Of a stretch of DNA of 64,000 nt, positions 38,220 to 52,526 are shown in pieces. The first letter of the stretch is position 1. The number at the start of each line of letters is the position of its first letter. The stretch spans positions 124,560,001 through 124,624,000 of the forward strand of contig CM059432.1 in assembly GCA_030390025.1 (NCBI GenBank), given 5' to 3'. Below the pieces are notes generated by a model. That model was not told where the DNA came from and did no database searches. It saw only the letters and a program-made list of their open reading frames with translations. The position numbers and the translations under genes are program-made. Source of the DNA: Squalus acanthias (taxonomy: Eukaryota).

Positions 38220-39459
38220 CCCTGTGTCCTGTGCAGCATCAGTTGATTGCGGAGAAGGTTGGTGTTGTTGTTGCTGCTGGTGTGCCTGGTGCTGCTGGTG
38301 TTGGGGGGCTGATTGTGGTGGGATTCTGAGGACCAAGATGAGATATTTTCAAGGGCAACGATGCTGATGAATAGATGGCAGGTGAGGTTGAGATGACAGA
38401 AGCGATCTGTCAATGGTGAGAGAGGTTGTTCCAATGAGGTGGCACTGGATAGAGAGTTGGCTCCAAACACTTGCAAGCTGCAGAAATCTCAATATGTCTT
38501 CCAAATGCAGTAACCAATAGTTTCGAGCTTTGAAAGTGAACAGCTGTAACTTGGGATCTTTTATACAACTTTGGCAGCTGTCAGGTCATGAGATAATTCA
38601 ATGCTGAATCCATTTACGACATGCTGAGCTGATGTGTTCCCTGAGCATCGGGTAACCCGTGGGAGAGCACGTAAAATTGAAATGTAGCCCTAAAATAACA
38701 GTTAATTGGATGTTAACAACCCATTTAATGATGTGAATTGCCTCCCCCGCTGCTTGGTGTCGGGTCTGTTCAGCGCCGACAGACCCGACACCTGGGAGAC
38801 TCGCATGGAGGCGGGTTCCCTACCCGCTGTCAATCTTTGCTCTTTTGACAGCGGACCCGCCTCCAAACCCGCCCTCTGAGCACCGGCAAAATTCAGCTCT
38901 TATTCTCTACTGCAGCTTGTCCTCACTCCAGAAAATTTTGATTTTTGACGCTTTATTTGATGCATTTTATAGCATTTTGGGGTCTATTGTAATTGCCCCC
39001 AAAAATCCTCCTGTCAAGAATATTACAAATAAGAAAATAAAAGTTGTTGTCGGGACTTCAATATACTTTTTCAGGGTCCAGTTCCTTTCATTGGGGATCT
39101 AAGCCTGGATACATCATGCTAAATTGTGAACTGAAACCTTTTATAACAAGCACCTACTGTAATCCATCCAACAGTACTTTCATCATTTGCAAGCCAAAAT
39201 TGGCTCACCGTTACACGTGTTCTTGTTCCAAACCCCATGTCCACTTAGAGTCACAGAGGAGATTACTTGGATTAAGTGTATGTTGATTTTAAACAGACCA
39301 TATTTCTAGTTTCAGGAGGGATAAGAGAGGAGTAAGTATCATTGAAATAAAACCTTGGAACTGAGTTCTGATGAAGCATCACACCCTTATTCTCTTTCAG
39401 ATGTCGATCAACCTGCTGTGCACTTCCAACATTTCCCATTTTTAAATTCTTAAAACATA

Positions 39460-39662
39460 AGGCTAGAAATTACTGTTGCCGATAATAGGGGACAAATGCT
39501 TAATGCGTTTGTATGACACTCCTCTGTCCGTTATTTTAACAGAGATGCTAATCCATTCAAAATAAACAGATTTAGACCTCCATTAAAATAGTAGACAGAG
39601 AAATCTCATACTAATGTTACACAAACACATTAAGCTATTATTGACAACAGCAATTGCTGACC
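39460..39662. mobile_element. Short palindromic MITE
   Basis: GGCTAGAAATTACTGTTGCCGATAATAG / CTATTATTGACAACAGCAATTGCTGACC inverted ends with further internal symmetry. Confidence 0.55.
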
Positions 39663-39880
39663 TATGTCGCTCTTTTGACCCTGCCAAAAAGGTTAATTTT
39701 CTTATCCTGGAAATAAAACTCACTGCACACTGCATTTCATTAAAAAGGACTAAAGTTCACATAACGTGATTTGCAGGAACAGGCATGAGAATCTCAATTT
39801 TGTACTCTGAATTCTATCCGATAGACTTCCCACAGTCTTGCTTCACAATTTACTGCACTTTTATGGTGCTTTGACACTAT

Positions 39881-40024
39881 GGAGTAGAATTTCCACAGGT
39901 GGCCCCTGATCTCCCGCCATATCTTTGGTGGAAACCCCTAAAATGCAGTGTAAACGGATATTTCTCCCATGTTTCTGCCATAGTTATGGTGGATGATCAG
40001 GAGAACCCCATGGAAATTACTGGC
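39881..40024. mobile_element. Short palindromic MITE
   Basis: GTAGAATTTCCA..CCTGATC / GATCAGG..TGGAAATTAC inverted ends; related half copy at ~9175-9240. Confidence 0.5.
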
Positions 40025-40609
40025 GTATAAGTTTAGAAGTAGCTTCAGATTCGCACCGATACTAAACTTCTGTTGGGTAGTCATGAGGAAATAATTTATG
40101 CTGTAAGATTTTATTCATTTCAGCAAGCTATTTATTTATCAGATAATTAAGTGGGCTTCACTTTATTGATTTACGCTCAGTCAATATACCTTCAGTCAGT
40201 AGTAGATGAGTTCTTCATAAATGAGTAGGCAATCACCTTGCATGCACTATATATATTGAGCACAAAGATGTTTTAAAAGACAGCTCCATATGTTTGCAAC
40301 TAGTCTAGAGTTTTTGGATCAGAAATCATATTCCCAATTTCCACTGTTGACAGCTGTGATTTGTACACAAAAAAGCACAATGAATAGCACATAGCTGTGA
40401 GACTCTTTTGTTCTCTCAGCAACTCAGTTTTTGAGTTACTTATTCTGTTATACTACCTTTATGCCACAGAAAGAAAGCACTGAAAGTGAAAGAAATGATT
40501 ACCAGTCCTAGAAAGTCAGTGAACTGACAAGACAGTTTGGAGCCTCAAACTGCAGATCTACCATATGATAAAAAAGAAATTTCCACCTCAACTCAAACGC
40601 AATCGGGAG

Positions 40610-41945
40610 AAAGAAAGACGTTCACATTTATTTAGCACTGTATAACATCTCACAGAATGTCTCAAAACGCTTTATAAACACTGAGTTAATTCAAAATGGA
40701 TTGATTGTGTTATGTCGGTAAATGCAGTAATCATTCTATTATAGAAACTCCAGCACACAAGATCATTGTACCTGTGCCTGTGTTCGCTCTACATTAGAGC
40801 TATCTAATCCTATTGCCATATAGAAACACAGACATTTCAGCAGAGAAGGAGAAAGCAATTGTGCACACAGCTGGCATCAAACCACTGACCTGCTGCTCCT
40901 TTTCAGCTCAACAGCACACAAACCTAAACATTTGGCCACTGACCCTAAAACAGCAACGAGTTGAGTAACCAGTTAATCTGTTTCCTTAGTGTTGATTGCG
41001 GGAAGAATGTTGGTCAGGACATTGGGAGAACTCCCCGCTCTTCTTCAAATAGTGCCATGTGATATTTAGGGCTGGATTTTCCCGGATCCCACCCGCACAG
41101 TGCAGGGGGACCCAGGAGATGGCGGGAAACCCGAAAGTTCAGGTTTCCCGGCACGCTGTGGAGTTTTCTCCACAGCATGTGTGCAACGGAAAGGGCGAGT
41201 TCCCCACCCAGAAGTCAGCCTGATTGATGGGGAACTCAGAGAAGGAGGCCACAGGACAAGGTAAGTGCTGGGCCCAGAATGGTGGGTGGTCAGGGGGATC
41301 GGGGTGGGGGGGGGGGTTTCCAAGCTCAGGGGACGGGGTCCGATCCCTGACCCCTGACCCCAGGAGGGGGGGAAGAGTGTGTTCCAGGCTTTTGGGAGGG
41401 TCCGACCCCGGGGAGGTCCGAACCCCAACCCTAGGGAGGGCCAGGCTGATGGTCGGGGAGCTTGGGGGGCTGGGAGGAAGCACTCCTGCTCCGCCCGGCC
41501 CACAAGGATTGCTCCCCGAGGCTGTGCTCATCTCGTTGCCGCCACCGGGAATCATGTGCCCCGGGATCCCTGGCCACCTGCAGTTAAACCTCCAAAGCAG
41601 GTTAAAGTAGAGGCTTCAGGCCTTATTATAATATGTAAATTGCCAACCCGCCTCTGGGCAGCGGGTTGGTAGCCCACCTCTCCATCCCACCTGAATGAAA
41701 GGTGAAAGTGGGCGGGTTGGGATCAGGGTTCACATTTGTTCAACTTTCACTTCCCCCCATGCCCCCAACCCACCCGTTCTTACCTCCGAAAATTCCGGCC
41801 TTAAAGTCCAGGTGAACTAGACAGATAGGGGCATTGACAGTGCAACATTCACACAGTACTGCACCGAACATATATTCAAGTCTTCAACTGACAACCTTCT
41901 GATTCCAAGGCGAGAGTGCTATCAACTGAGCCAAGCTGAGCACAT
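40610..41945 (-). mobile_element. Old Deu-domain SINE interrupted by a MITE
   Basis: Inverted similarity to 9849-10318 (CTCTTCTTCAAATAGTGCCATG; CAGTACTGCAC; head ..CAACTGAGCCA at ~41925). Confidence 0.65.
41069..41800. mobile_element. Non-autonomous Harbinger element, inverted relative of 395-1077
   Basis: GGGCTGGATTTTC / GAAAATTCCGGCC ends, TTA TSD (41066-41068, 41801-41803). Confidence 0.85.
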
Positions 41946-44900
41946 AGAGAGGGTAAAGATCCACATGTAGATGATGCTCTGCAGTGCTTTTACAAAATGG
42001 TTAACGTCAAATACAGTTCTATAACTGATACTGTCTTGTACACATGTACTGCTCCTTTAATATAAACACATCCGTGCGCTCATCGCGTATGATCACTATT
42101 AAGTGGTGACGGATCACTTAATAGAATAGCCTGGTTAAACAAATACAGACTGATTATTCATTTAAACAAGCCCTACTGTAGTATCACACATAAACTTCAT
42201 TTAAAAACTTACTTCAGTTTATCCCTATTTCTTAACCAGCAATGTAAAAACCTCTCAAAACATATAGTTAAGTAAGTCAAATGGGCAACTTTAAATTTCA
42301 CTCAAAACAAATAGTTAAACAGCTTACATGGGACAATTTTCTGGTCTTTTTAGTTCCTGAAGAGCTTCTGTTTCTCCTCACCCACAGCTTGACTTTAGCA
42401 ATACATTCCATCGCTACAGCTGCAAGTCAAGCCAACAAAGCAGGAATACTGCGTCCTTCCTGTAACTGCCTGAAAACAATGATGTACAATTGTGGACAAA
42501 AAAACACTATACAATAAGCTGCTTTTGTGAATGCAGTTTGCACGAAATTGTTTTGTTTGTTTCTGTTTTAAACCAAGTTGTAAGCACATTTAGCTGCCAA
42601 CAGCTATGCTAGCCCAGACTCATTGGTGATAAAGTGCTGTTACTCAGTCTCATTCAGCAAAACGCAAAGCCCAACTAAAAACATTCCTGCAGCTGTCTTC
42701 GGGACTGTGGATGCACTTTTTTCCCCGAAGTCTTAACACAAACATCCTGAGGTCTTGCACTCGAGCAATCTTTAGTCCATAGTGTATTTGAACTGTTAAC
42801 AACAACGAATAATCTTTCCTAGTTATGTTTCAAATTATCACCACTGGTAGAAAGTACTGAAGAGGGAGTTGAAACTACTCGCACTCGTTTAAACGCCATA
42901 CATCAGTCTGCACAGGAAATTATGCTTGATGCAATTCATCGTTGCTACAAGCCTGATGAAGTACACTGAACTAAAGTCGTGATAAGCGGAATGACAAACA
43001 ATAGCATTGTAATTTGTTCCCCATATCAACTTACCTCTGCAAAACACTGCATTGCTCAGCACCGGCTAAGGGTGAGACAACTGTACAGACACTTTTGTAC
43101 AGTCTTACTCTGGTAAGATCTTTCACCGACTAACATCTGGCTGAAAAGCAGGGACAGCCACTTCATAAAGTCAGCAGGAAAAGAGTCAGATGGCACATAA
43201 AGCATCAGGACACAGGAAGCACTAATTATTTCCATGCACTCTTCCTATTATTCACAGTGTCACAGATGTATTTCATTAGATGACACCATTTTGAAATGTA
43301 AGTATTTAATGGATCAAAGATTTACCATTTGGCAGAATCTATTTGACCTGGGGCATGGAATGGTCATCACAGCTGGGAGCAACCTAAATTTTACCCATTC
43401 CTTTCCTTTTTATTTAGTGTTGCAAATGTGTGTTTCACTGAAATTACTTTCAACCAGCGTGTATGTGTCATCTCATCACTTCTGGTTTAACTTTTGTATA
43501 TCTTATTTACATTTTTTGTAATGCATAGAATGTATATACTGCAACAGATATTGTTGCTCCAGTATATCAGAAATATTTCTATAATATTTTAATGGCATCA
43601 TAACTCTCCGAGTACTCATGTACTTTCGCGCTTGCTTTGTAAAGTTAAAATATATCTTCTGTTGTCATTCTTTTTATTTAAATCCAAAAAGCTGATTTTT
43701 TTTTGGATTTAAAAAAAATCAGTTTGCTGAGTAAATAAGCTGTGGTAAATAATTTACTAGCTTTTTCACTCATTTAGAGAAGGAAAAGTTGGATTTTACT
43801 CTCACACGACCAAATGGTGAGGATGTGACATATATGAAGCAGTTCTGTCTGGTTTTGGTCTAGTAGTTAGTTGTCCCTTTAAATCAGGCACTGTACTTGG
43901 GAGTTTAAAAAGACACCTGCATAGATAGCCTCAGCCTATATTACTACACAATTTGCTGTTATTGTCTCTCTGGCAACACCTAGGCGCCACTTAGCAACCA
44001 AGCTATCTATCTCGGCTACATGGGACAGTGGGGTGATACATGCAGCAATTACTGTAAACAGTTGAACAGAGCAGCAACAACTCACAGATTAAGCACAGTA
44101 AACTGCTTTCAAACAGTTTGAAACGTCTGATTTTTTTCTAAATAAAGGCCGCTAGATTAGTCATTTTTATACAGTGTTTTTAAAAATATTTATCATATTA
44201 ACTTTCACATGTCTTCAAATCTTGGCACAATCTACATTCACACGTTGCAAAATATGGTTTGGCTTGCTACAGAAATGAGTCTTGAGGAGCCACAGAATTT
44301 TAAAGAACCTGGTTATACTTCAGCAGCATGTAGCAGATATTTAGCACCACTGTATTATAAGAAGGCCCACTTTGGCTGTCCACACAGGTTAATTTCTGTA
44401 ATATTGACTTTAATCTTAGAAAAATACTACAATCTACATTTTTGCCACATGTCAAAATCGTATTGCTGCTTTGATCATCACTAACATGCAACTTCAAAGA
44501 AAATTTGGCTTCATAGGCTGGGGAAGTTTTTGCTACTACGCGATCAAAAGAGAGCTCTGAAATATTCCAAGAAGCCAAGTTTGGTGTCGGAAGGTGTTTT
44601 GGAGAATCTTTAAAAAAAAACCTACAGTAGACTGTTTTATACTAAAGAAAACATGGTGATAGTAGACTGATGCTTTAATGGACTTTACTGCATGCACTTT
44701 ATTTTTGGTCATTCGGGCGTTTGATTTTGGAAAACCATCAGCATATTTAGGAATCTCCAAATCAAGGTCCTGAGAAATGTACATAGGTTGAATTTCTGTC
44801 TGCTGCATATGGAGTGCACACTTTCTCCCTATAGGGATGCATCCCATTTACCCAAGTTCAGAGGGCTTTGGCACAGGTTGGTATGTGCCAAGGTTTAGGC

Positions 44901-44978
44901 CCCCAGATGCTCTTTAGAGTACTGCTGGAGGTTAACCAGCTAAAATCATGCAGCATACCAGCTCAGAACACTGGTAAG

Positions 44979-45129
44979 CAATGTTCCCTCTATGCTGCGC
45001 GTGTGTGCGGGCACGCAACAATCAGGAAGGTACTGCGCAGGCCGCACACAAGCTGTTCCCTCTACAATACCGCGGGTGTGCGGCCACTTAAAGGTACCAC
45101 GCACAAAAAAAAAATTAGAGGGAACATTG
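44979..45129. mobile_element. hAT-type MITE
   Basis: 14-bp TIR CAATGTTCCCTCTA, perfect 8-bp TSD CTGGTAAG (44971-44978, 45130-45137). Confidence 0.9.
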
Positions 45130-47140
45130 CTGGTAAGCCTCCCACTGTTTATCCAGCCCAGACCACCCTACCTGTTAAGGCACTGGCTTCTAAGGTTATT
45201 TGGAGCTGTGTAGGAAGAATCCCAGTCTCAGTGGTATGTCGCCACCTCTAGGTCCCATTAATGAAGCCAGAATGCTGGTCAATCATCAACAGTGCCCTGC
45301 AGTACTGAAGACCTGCATAGCTCAAGTATTGGATTACCGAGTCTGCCATAGTGTGGGGTTGACTTGGTCCTGACCTTCCATTGTCAGATATGTCATCTTG
45401 GTGCAAACTTAACCCCTCCCAAGGACAATAGTCACTAGTTAAGCAACTCTATGTAGAATAATATTCCATTATCCTGTGCAGTATGTTGTCTAGTTCCGAT
45501 ACTTCCATATTTAATTTTGTTAACAAAAATCATGGTAAATTTTAGTTCATACAAGTCTGATCTGGCATTTGATAATTCTGTGCGCGAATTGGTACTAGAA
45601 ATAGTGGCAATCCTATGTAAATTCCAGTACGCAGTGTTACTGCACTTACAGTAATTGGGCTACACAATCTAAGATATACACTTGCAGATCATGAGGGACA
45701 TGGCTCACCCATGGGGAGTCTGGTTGAAATGAAAAGGGTGTTTAAAATCCTGAGCTACAACATTACACTCTATAATGTACACTAATTGTATTGTGGACGC
45801 GGCTGCCGCCAATGAAATGAAGTAGTTGTGCAGTTTCCAGTTTTTTTTGTTTGTTCGCTAACTTAAAAGAAAATATTGTCGCCATCACAAAAAAACACTT
45901 CTAACGATTGACTGAATACATCAAGCTAGCTTTTATCGACACTAGGGGAGGGGGTGGAGAAAAGAGATCGCTGCTGCTGAACTGAGCCACGTCAGGAAAA
46001 GAAAAGAAAAATTAAAAGTTGAATTCATGTTTCTATCAGCTTATGAAAGTTAACATTTAAAAAAAATCCTAGTTAAATAAGAGCGAAAAATTCAATGTTT
46101 TTCTTTTTTTAAAAGCCACAGCTTGGTGGCTAGTTCAGCGCCTCACTGCATTCCTGAGGTGAGAGAGAGAGAGAGAGCTCTTCATCTTCTCTGGGAATGA
46201 GAGTCAATGACCGAGGAGGGCTCTATTTTTATTATTTTTCTTCTCCTTTCCCTTCACACGGAGCTTATTGATATTATTATAGATTTATGCGCAGAACGCT
46301 TCTGCATAGCTTCCTTTTCGTTGGCTCTGTTGTATTATATCCTGGCAACAAACTTTTGATTATCAATTAATAAACTTTCAGTGATTATGTCATAATGTGG
46401 ACATCATGCATTAATAATGAGGTCGCTGTCTGATATGTTAGCAAAAGTACAGACTCAAACTTGAATAAAAACACTTTGTAAACTTCTATTTATTTAAGAA
46501 AAATACTGGAAAACTTTGAGAAGTCTCAACTTTGTGTTCAGTTGATGGCTCTGAAACGTTTGCTATTGTGGCTTATGACATCATTCGGACCTTTCAACGA
46601 GATTGTTGTCTTGTAATCATTTTCAGATATAGACATATTCTATATCAGAGATAATTCACACACTTGAAACTCATAACAAAATATGCGAATTATCGAATAG
46701 CCAAAAATCTTTAGCAGCTCCCTGCAATACAGAGAACACGTGAAAATTATTTAAGGAGCCCATACATCTGTCTCTATCTGTTAACTGGCTACCCCCAGGG
46801 CTACCGTTAATTATTTTATTTCTGTTTTTCTTTCTGGGCTATTTAAAATAGAAGGAACGGGGCGGTAGGTCATACCCCACCATTTTCAGGACACTACTGT
46901 TCTGTTTCTCCCATTGCGTGCTGTAGGTGTTCTGCTGACAGCACACGAGCCTGACTTGATTTTGGTTAGAAAAGAAACAAAAGCAGTGCAATTTGGATTT
47001 TTTCAAAGGGGACCAGACACATCTTTAGGTACTCCTGTGAGGAAGATATTCTTTATATTGCAAGAAATTTCACTATTTAATTTCTAAAAGATTGCAAGAG
47101 TTTCCCTGTGCATAATCTCAAACAATATTTATTATCCTAC

Positions 47141-47980
47141 CATCATAGAATGATACAGCACAAAAGGAGGCCATTCGACCCATTGTGCCTTTGCCAGCTC
47201 TTTGAAAGAGCTGTCCCATTAGTCCCACTCCCCTGCTCTTTCCCCATAGAATCATAGAATCATAGATGCTTACAGCACAGAAGGAGGCCATTCGGCCCGT
47301 CAAGCCCATGCCAGCTCTCTGCAAGAGCACTTCAGCTAGTCCCACTCCCCCGTCCTATCCCCGTAGCCCTGCAATTTTTTTTCCTTCAGGTACTTATCCA
47401 ATTCCCTTTTGAAAGCCACAATTGAATCTGCCTCTATCACCCTTTCAGGCAGTGCATCCCAGCTCCTAACCACTCGCTGCGTAAAAATGTGTTTCCTCAT
47501 GTCACCTTTGGTTCTTTTGCCAATCACCTTAAATCTGTGTCCTCTGGTTCTCGACCTTTCTGCCAATGGGAACAGTTTCTCTCTATCTACTCTGTCTAGA
47601 CCCCTCATGATTTTGAATACCTCTATCAAATCTCTCTCAACCTTTTCTGCTCCAAAGAGAACAACCCTAGCTTCTCCAGTCTATCCATGTAACTGAAGTC
47701 ACTCATCCCTGGAATCATTCTCATAAATCTTTTCAGCACCCTCTCTAAGGCCTTCACATCCTTCCTAAAGTGCGGTGCCCGGAACTGGACACAATACTCC
47801 AGTTGAGGCTGAACCAGTGTTTTATACAGGTTCATCATAACTTCCTTGCTTTCATAGCCCTGAAAATTTAGAAATTTATTATTGAATCTGCTTCCACCAC
47901 TCTTTTAGGCAGTGCAATCCAGATCATAGCAACTCGCTTCCTCATGTCACCTCTGGTTCTTTTGCCAATTACCTTAAATA
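47141..47980 (-). mobile_element. CR1 3' fragment (~47250-47851) nested in another CR1 3' end
   Basis: LYKTLVQPQLEYCVQF..TRGHRFKV..FTQRVVRSW; two 3' UTRs; CATAG at both junctions. Confidence 0.85.
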
Positions 47981-49167
47981 TCACAGTGACAGTTGAGTGG
48001 CTGGAGCTGCAACAATAAATATAGATGTTTCAATGTTATTTTTAATTTTTTTTAAACTAGGGATTAAGTGAGAGTTTGATGGTGAGCACCATAAAACTGG
48101 TTCCATTAATTAATTGTGGGTTGTTATTTAGCTTAATTTGACCTTATTTTTAGTATTTTGCTCGTTTTTCTGAGTTTTATCGATGTTCAAAGTAAAAATT
48201 GGTTTTTTTATTATTTCCTCTGAATTTACTTGGTTTTTTTTGTGACCCAATTTTTTCTCCAGTTTTTCCGCTAAACATAAAATCCAAAAAACACCCTGGT
48301 TTTAAATTTGTCAAGAAAGGCTGACTGTAGTGACCTTTAAAATAAGAAATGGTAGCTGATGTCCTGGTGGAATATCTTTCAGCAAGTCTGGGTTTTCATA
48401 AGTAAATGGCTACATGTAGTGAAAGACAGCCTAAGTGAGGCCTGAAACTCAAACAATGTAATGCCAGGAGACACAAGAACTGTTGAACGAAGTAATGCAG
48501 TGGTGCCAGTGTTGTGAGGTGTCGCAAATACACGCGGTCCGAGAATGATGTGATGCAGATTTGTACTATGATTCCTTGTAAACCAAGTTGTCGGTCACAT
48601 TATCATGAGAAAACTCTGCACAGAGGTCAAATTCTTCCTCACAGACATTTAAAAAAAACTCAGGGGCAGGTATTCAGCAACAGAACATCATACCTGAAGC
48701 TCACAGAGGAGCAGTGTGTAAGGCGTTTCACCTTTTGCAGTGAGAATTGAAGTCCAGCACCAGGGCATGCCCTGGACACTGCCTGTGACAGTGAAGGTCA
48801 TCGTGCTTCTAAATGTTTATGCCTCTGGCTCCTTCCAAACTGCTTCTGGTGACATCAGGAGCATCAGTCAGTTTGTTGTGCACACAGTGGGTCACTGACG
48901 CTCTGTTTGCGAGGCGTCAGCAGTTCATTACCTTCCCTGTGGAGGTTGACAAGCAGGAAGAAAGAGCACTGGGATTTGCCCGCATTGCTGCATTCCTGTA
49001 GGCGCAGGGCATCATCGACTGCACACACGTAGCCCTGCGAACGCCCCCCTCAGGAAACATCACTGTTTCTCAACAGAAAAGGCTTCCATTTGCTCGATGT
49101 TCAACTTGTTTGTGACCACAGGCAGCAACTCATCCCCGGTTTTCTGGCAGTAGCCATGACGCTTTCA

Positions 49168-49232
49168 TATGGGCAATAAATGATAGCCTTGCCAGCGACG
49201 CCCACATCCCATAAAAACGAATTTTAAAAAAT
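49168..49232 (+). mobile_element. 3' tail-only insertion of the tRNA-headed LINE family
   Basis: ATGGGCAATAAATGATAGCCTTGCCAGCGACGCCCACATCCCAT matches 31162-31205. Confidence 0.8.
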
Positions 49233-49408
49233 ACCACACGAGCCCTCAATACCTGCTCTGTTCAATTCAGACCATCAGGTGGCAGGCTGACTGCTGGGGA
49301 AAAAAGGGCTATCTCTTCACCAACTGGCTCATGACTCCTGTCAGGAATCCGGGCACAGTCGCAGAGCGCCAATATAATGACAGCCATGAAACAAGTTGTG
49401 GGGTGGGT

Positions 49409-50062
49409 GGGGGGGAATTTTAATCCCCAAAAACAGGTGGGTTTGGTTCGGGTGGGAGGTTAAAAAGCTAATAATCAGAAGCGGGAACCCAACCCGCCTC
49501 GAACCCGCCCACTTCTGATTTTAACGAGGGGTGGGCGACCAATGCGCTCGCAGGGGGCGGGTTGGTCATTTAAAAATTATAATGAGGCTGCGTGCCTTCA
49601 TTTTAACAGTGATTCTATTTTTAACCACAGTTGGCCAGGTTTCCCTGGGATCAGGAATCCCGGCAGCTGAAAGGAGGGGAGAAGGGCTGATTCCATGAGG
49701 TAAGTGCCTTTACAACACTCCTGCTCCTCCTGGCACAACAAACTACCCAGTAAACCCCCTTACCCCCCGGGATCCATCTCCTCTCACCCCCACCACCCCC
49801 CACTGTGATCGGACCCCACCCCCATCCCACCCCCAGACCACCCTCTGGCCCCTTCCTCAATGATCAGACCCCCACCACCATCTGCTCCCACACCCCTCAC
49901 CCGCGATTGGACACTGCCTCCCCCCGGCACGACCTCTCCCAGCACACCCACTAGACCTACCTGCTCTCAGCCCAGCTCGGCTGCGGCCTTGTGTTGCAGG
50001 CTTTCCCACCCGATAACAGCTGCCTCCCCGCTCCCTCCCCGCCTCTGAGCTAATATCCAGCC
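49409..50062. mobile_element. Non-autonomous Harbinger element
   Basis: GGGGGAATTTTAATCCCC start, AATATCCAGCCC end; internal similarity to 395-1077. Confidence 0.7.
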
Positions 50063-52526
50063 CAAGGGCTCTGATTGAGCAGACCATTGGCATCCTGAAA
50101 CAACGGATCCACTATGTGGACAGCTTGGGAGCGGTCCTTCAGTACAGCCCAGAACCAGTGTCAAGATCGGTTATCATTTGCTGCAAGCTCCACAATCGTG
50201 CCATCTAAATGCCATCTTTGAGCTGCGTCAGGAGGAAGAAGTGGAGTAGGAAGATGATGAAGGGATTGAGGAGCCGGGCGATGCAAAAGAAGAACACGAT
50301 ACAGCGAGCTGCCAGAGCTGTAAGGCAGCAAATTATTGAGGAGAGATTCTCCTGAACAATCCTTCCCCTACCCAGAGCACCATAACTCCCTCCTTCCATT
50401 TAATCCAGTCCTCACACTCACCATATCAATGCTCTGAAACAGTATAGAAACATAGAAACATAGAAAAATAGGAGCAGGAGTAGGCCATTCAGCCCTTCGA
50501 GTCTGCTCCGCCATTCAATATGATCATGGCTGATCCTCTAGCTCAATACCATATTCCTGCTCTCTCCCCATACCTCTTGATGCCTTTTGTGTCTAGAAAT
50601 CTATCTATCTCCTTCTTAAATATATTCAGTGACTTGGCCTCCACAGCCTTCTGTAGTAGAGAATTCCACAGGCTCACCACCCTCTGAGTGAAGAAATTTC
50701 TCCTCATCTCAGTCCTAAATGTCCTACCCTGTATCCTGAGACTGTGACCTCTCATTCTAGACCCCCAGCCAGGGGAAACATCCTCCCTGCATCCAGTCTG
50801 TCTAGCCCTGTCAGAATTTTATACGTTTCAATGAGATCCCCTCTCATTCTTCTAAACTCTAGTGAATACAGGCCTAGTCGACCCAATCTCTCCTCATACA
50901 ACAGTCCTACCAACCCGGGAATCAGTCTGGTGAACCTTCTCTGCACTCCCTCTGTGGCAAGTATATCCTTTCTTAGGTAAGGAGACCAAAACTGCACACA
51001 GTACTCCAGGTGTGGTCTCACCAAGGCCCTGTATAACTGTAGTAAGACATCCTTGCTCCTGTACTTAAATCCCCTTGCAATGAAGGCCAACATACCATTT
51101 GCCTTCCTAACTGCTTGCTGCACCTGCATGTTTGCTTTCAGTGACTGGTTTACAAGGACACCCAGGTCCCTTTGTACATCAACATTTCCCAATCTATCAC
51201 CATTTAAATAATACACTGCCTTTCTGTTTTTCCTACCGAAGTGGATAACTTGTCTAAATCGCCTTGAAGCCTCTTTGCATCCTCCTCACAACTCACAATC
51301 CCACCTAGTTTTGTGTCGTCAGCAAACTTGGAAATATTACATTTGGTTCCCTCATCCAAATCATTGATATATATTGTGAATAGCTGGGGCCCAAGCACTG
51401 ATCCCTGCGGTACCCCACTAGTCACTGCCTGCCACCCCGAAAAAGACCCATTTATTCCTACTCTCTGTTTCCTGTCTGTTAACCAATTTTCAATCCATGC
51501 CAGTATATTACCCCCAATCCCATGTGCTTTAATTTTGCACATTAACCTCTTATGTGGGACTTTATCAAAGGCCTTCTGACAATCCAAATACACCACATCC
51601 ACTGGTTCTCCCTTATCTATTCTACCAGTTACATCCTCAAAAAACTCCAGTAGGTTTGTCAAACACGATTTCCCTTTCATAAATCCATTTTGACTTTGTC
51701 TAATCCCGTTGATATTTTCTAAGTGTCCTGTTATCACATCCTTTATAATAGACTCTAGCATTTTCCCTACTACTGATGTTAGGCTAACCGGTCTGTAGTT
51801 CCCTGTTTTCTCTCTCCCTCCTTTTTTAAATAGTGGGGTTACATTTGCCACCCTCCAATCTGCAGGAACTGTTCCATAATCTATAGAATTTTGGAAGATG
51901 ACAACCAATGCATCCACTATTTCCATGGCTACCTCTTTTAGTACTCTGGGATGCAGATTATCAGGCCCTGGGGATTTATCAGCTTTCAGTCCCATTAATT
52001 TCTCCAGCACTTTTTTTTGCTAATACTAATTTCCTTTAATTCCTCCTTCTCACTAGACCCTTGGGGGTAAAAATTCAGTTGGTTGCGCCTCCCGTTAGCG
52101 CCTTAAATGGGCGCTAATGGGGCGTTAAGGCGCTAACGCCCGGGCGCAGCGCTGTTTGCGCCGCTCGAGAACTTAACTTGAGATTGTGCGGCGGCGCTAA
52201 AACTTACCGCTGCGACCACCTGCGTGCGCAGATTGTGACGTCATTCCGTGGTGCAACGCCCTTGGGGCGCCCCGGAGCGGAAGACTGGAACGTTATCAAT
52301 CGGTGTGGGGCTGGGGGGGGCGCTATTTAAAGGGGGCCTCTTCCTGTCTTTTTCTGTGGTCGACATTTATGCACCACTCGTTCTGAGAGAGAGAGAGAGA
52401 TTCGGAGAGAGAGAGAGAGAGACTTCTACATTGACTCAACGCTTTGTGAGGTAGTTTTGCCTAGTTCATCCTAACTTTGCTGCTACTTTCGTTGCTGTAC
52501 CTCATTACTTTTCTGGCAAAGAGAAG

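Larger units (their letters stand above)
32733..38899. mobile_element. Internally deleted Harbinger element hosting the Gypsy insertion
   Basis: TTA on both flanks, right TIR GGCAAAATTCAGCTC; Myb-like exon remnant AAPRLSHDSLHMLMEGV..W.QWRKPFYDL at ~33010-33230 (+). Confidence 0.7.
48560..50355 (+). pseudogene. Highly decayed Harbinger transposase split by insertions
   Basis: VKV..LN.YASGSFQ, GFARIAAF, GIIDCTHVAL, GSSHDAF, IEQTIGILKQR remnants in mixed frames. Confidence 0.8.
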
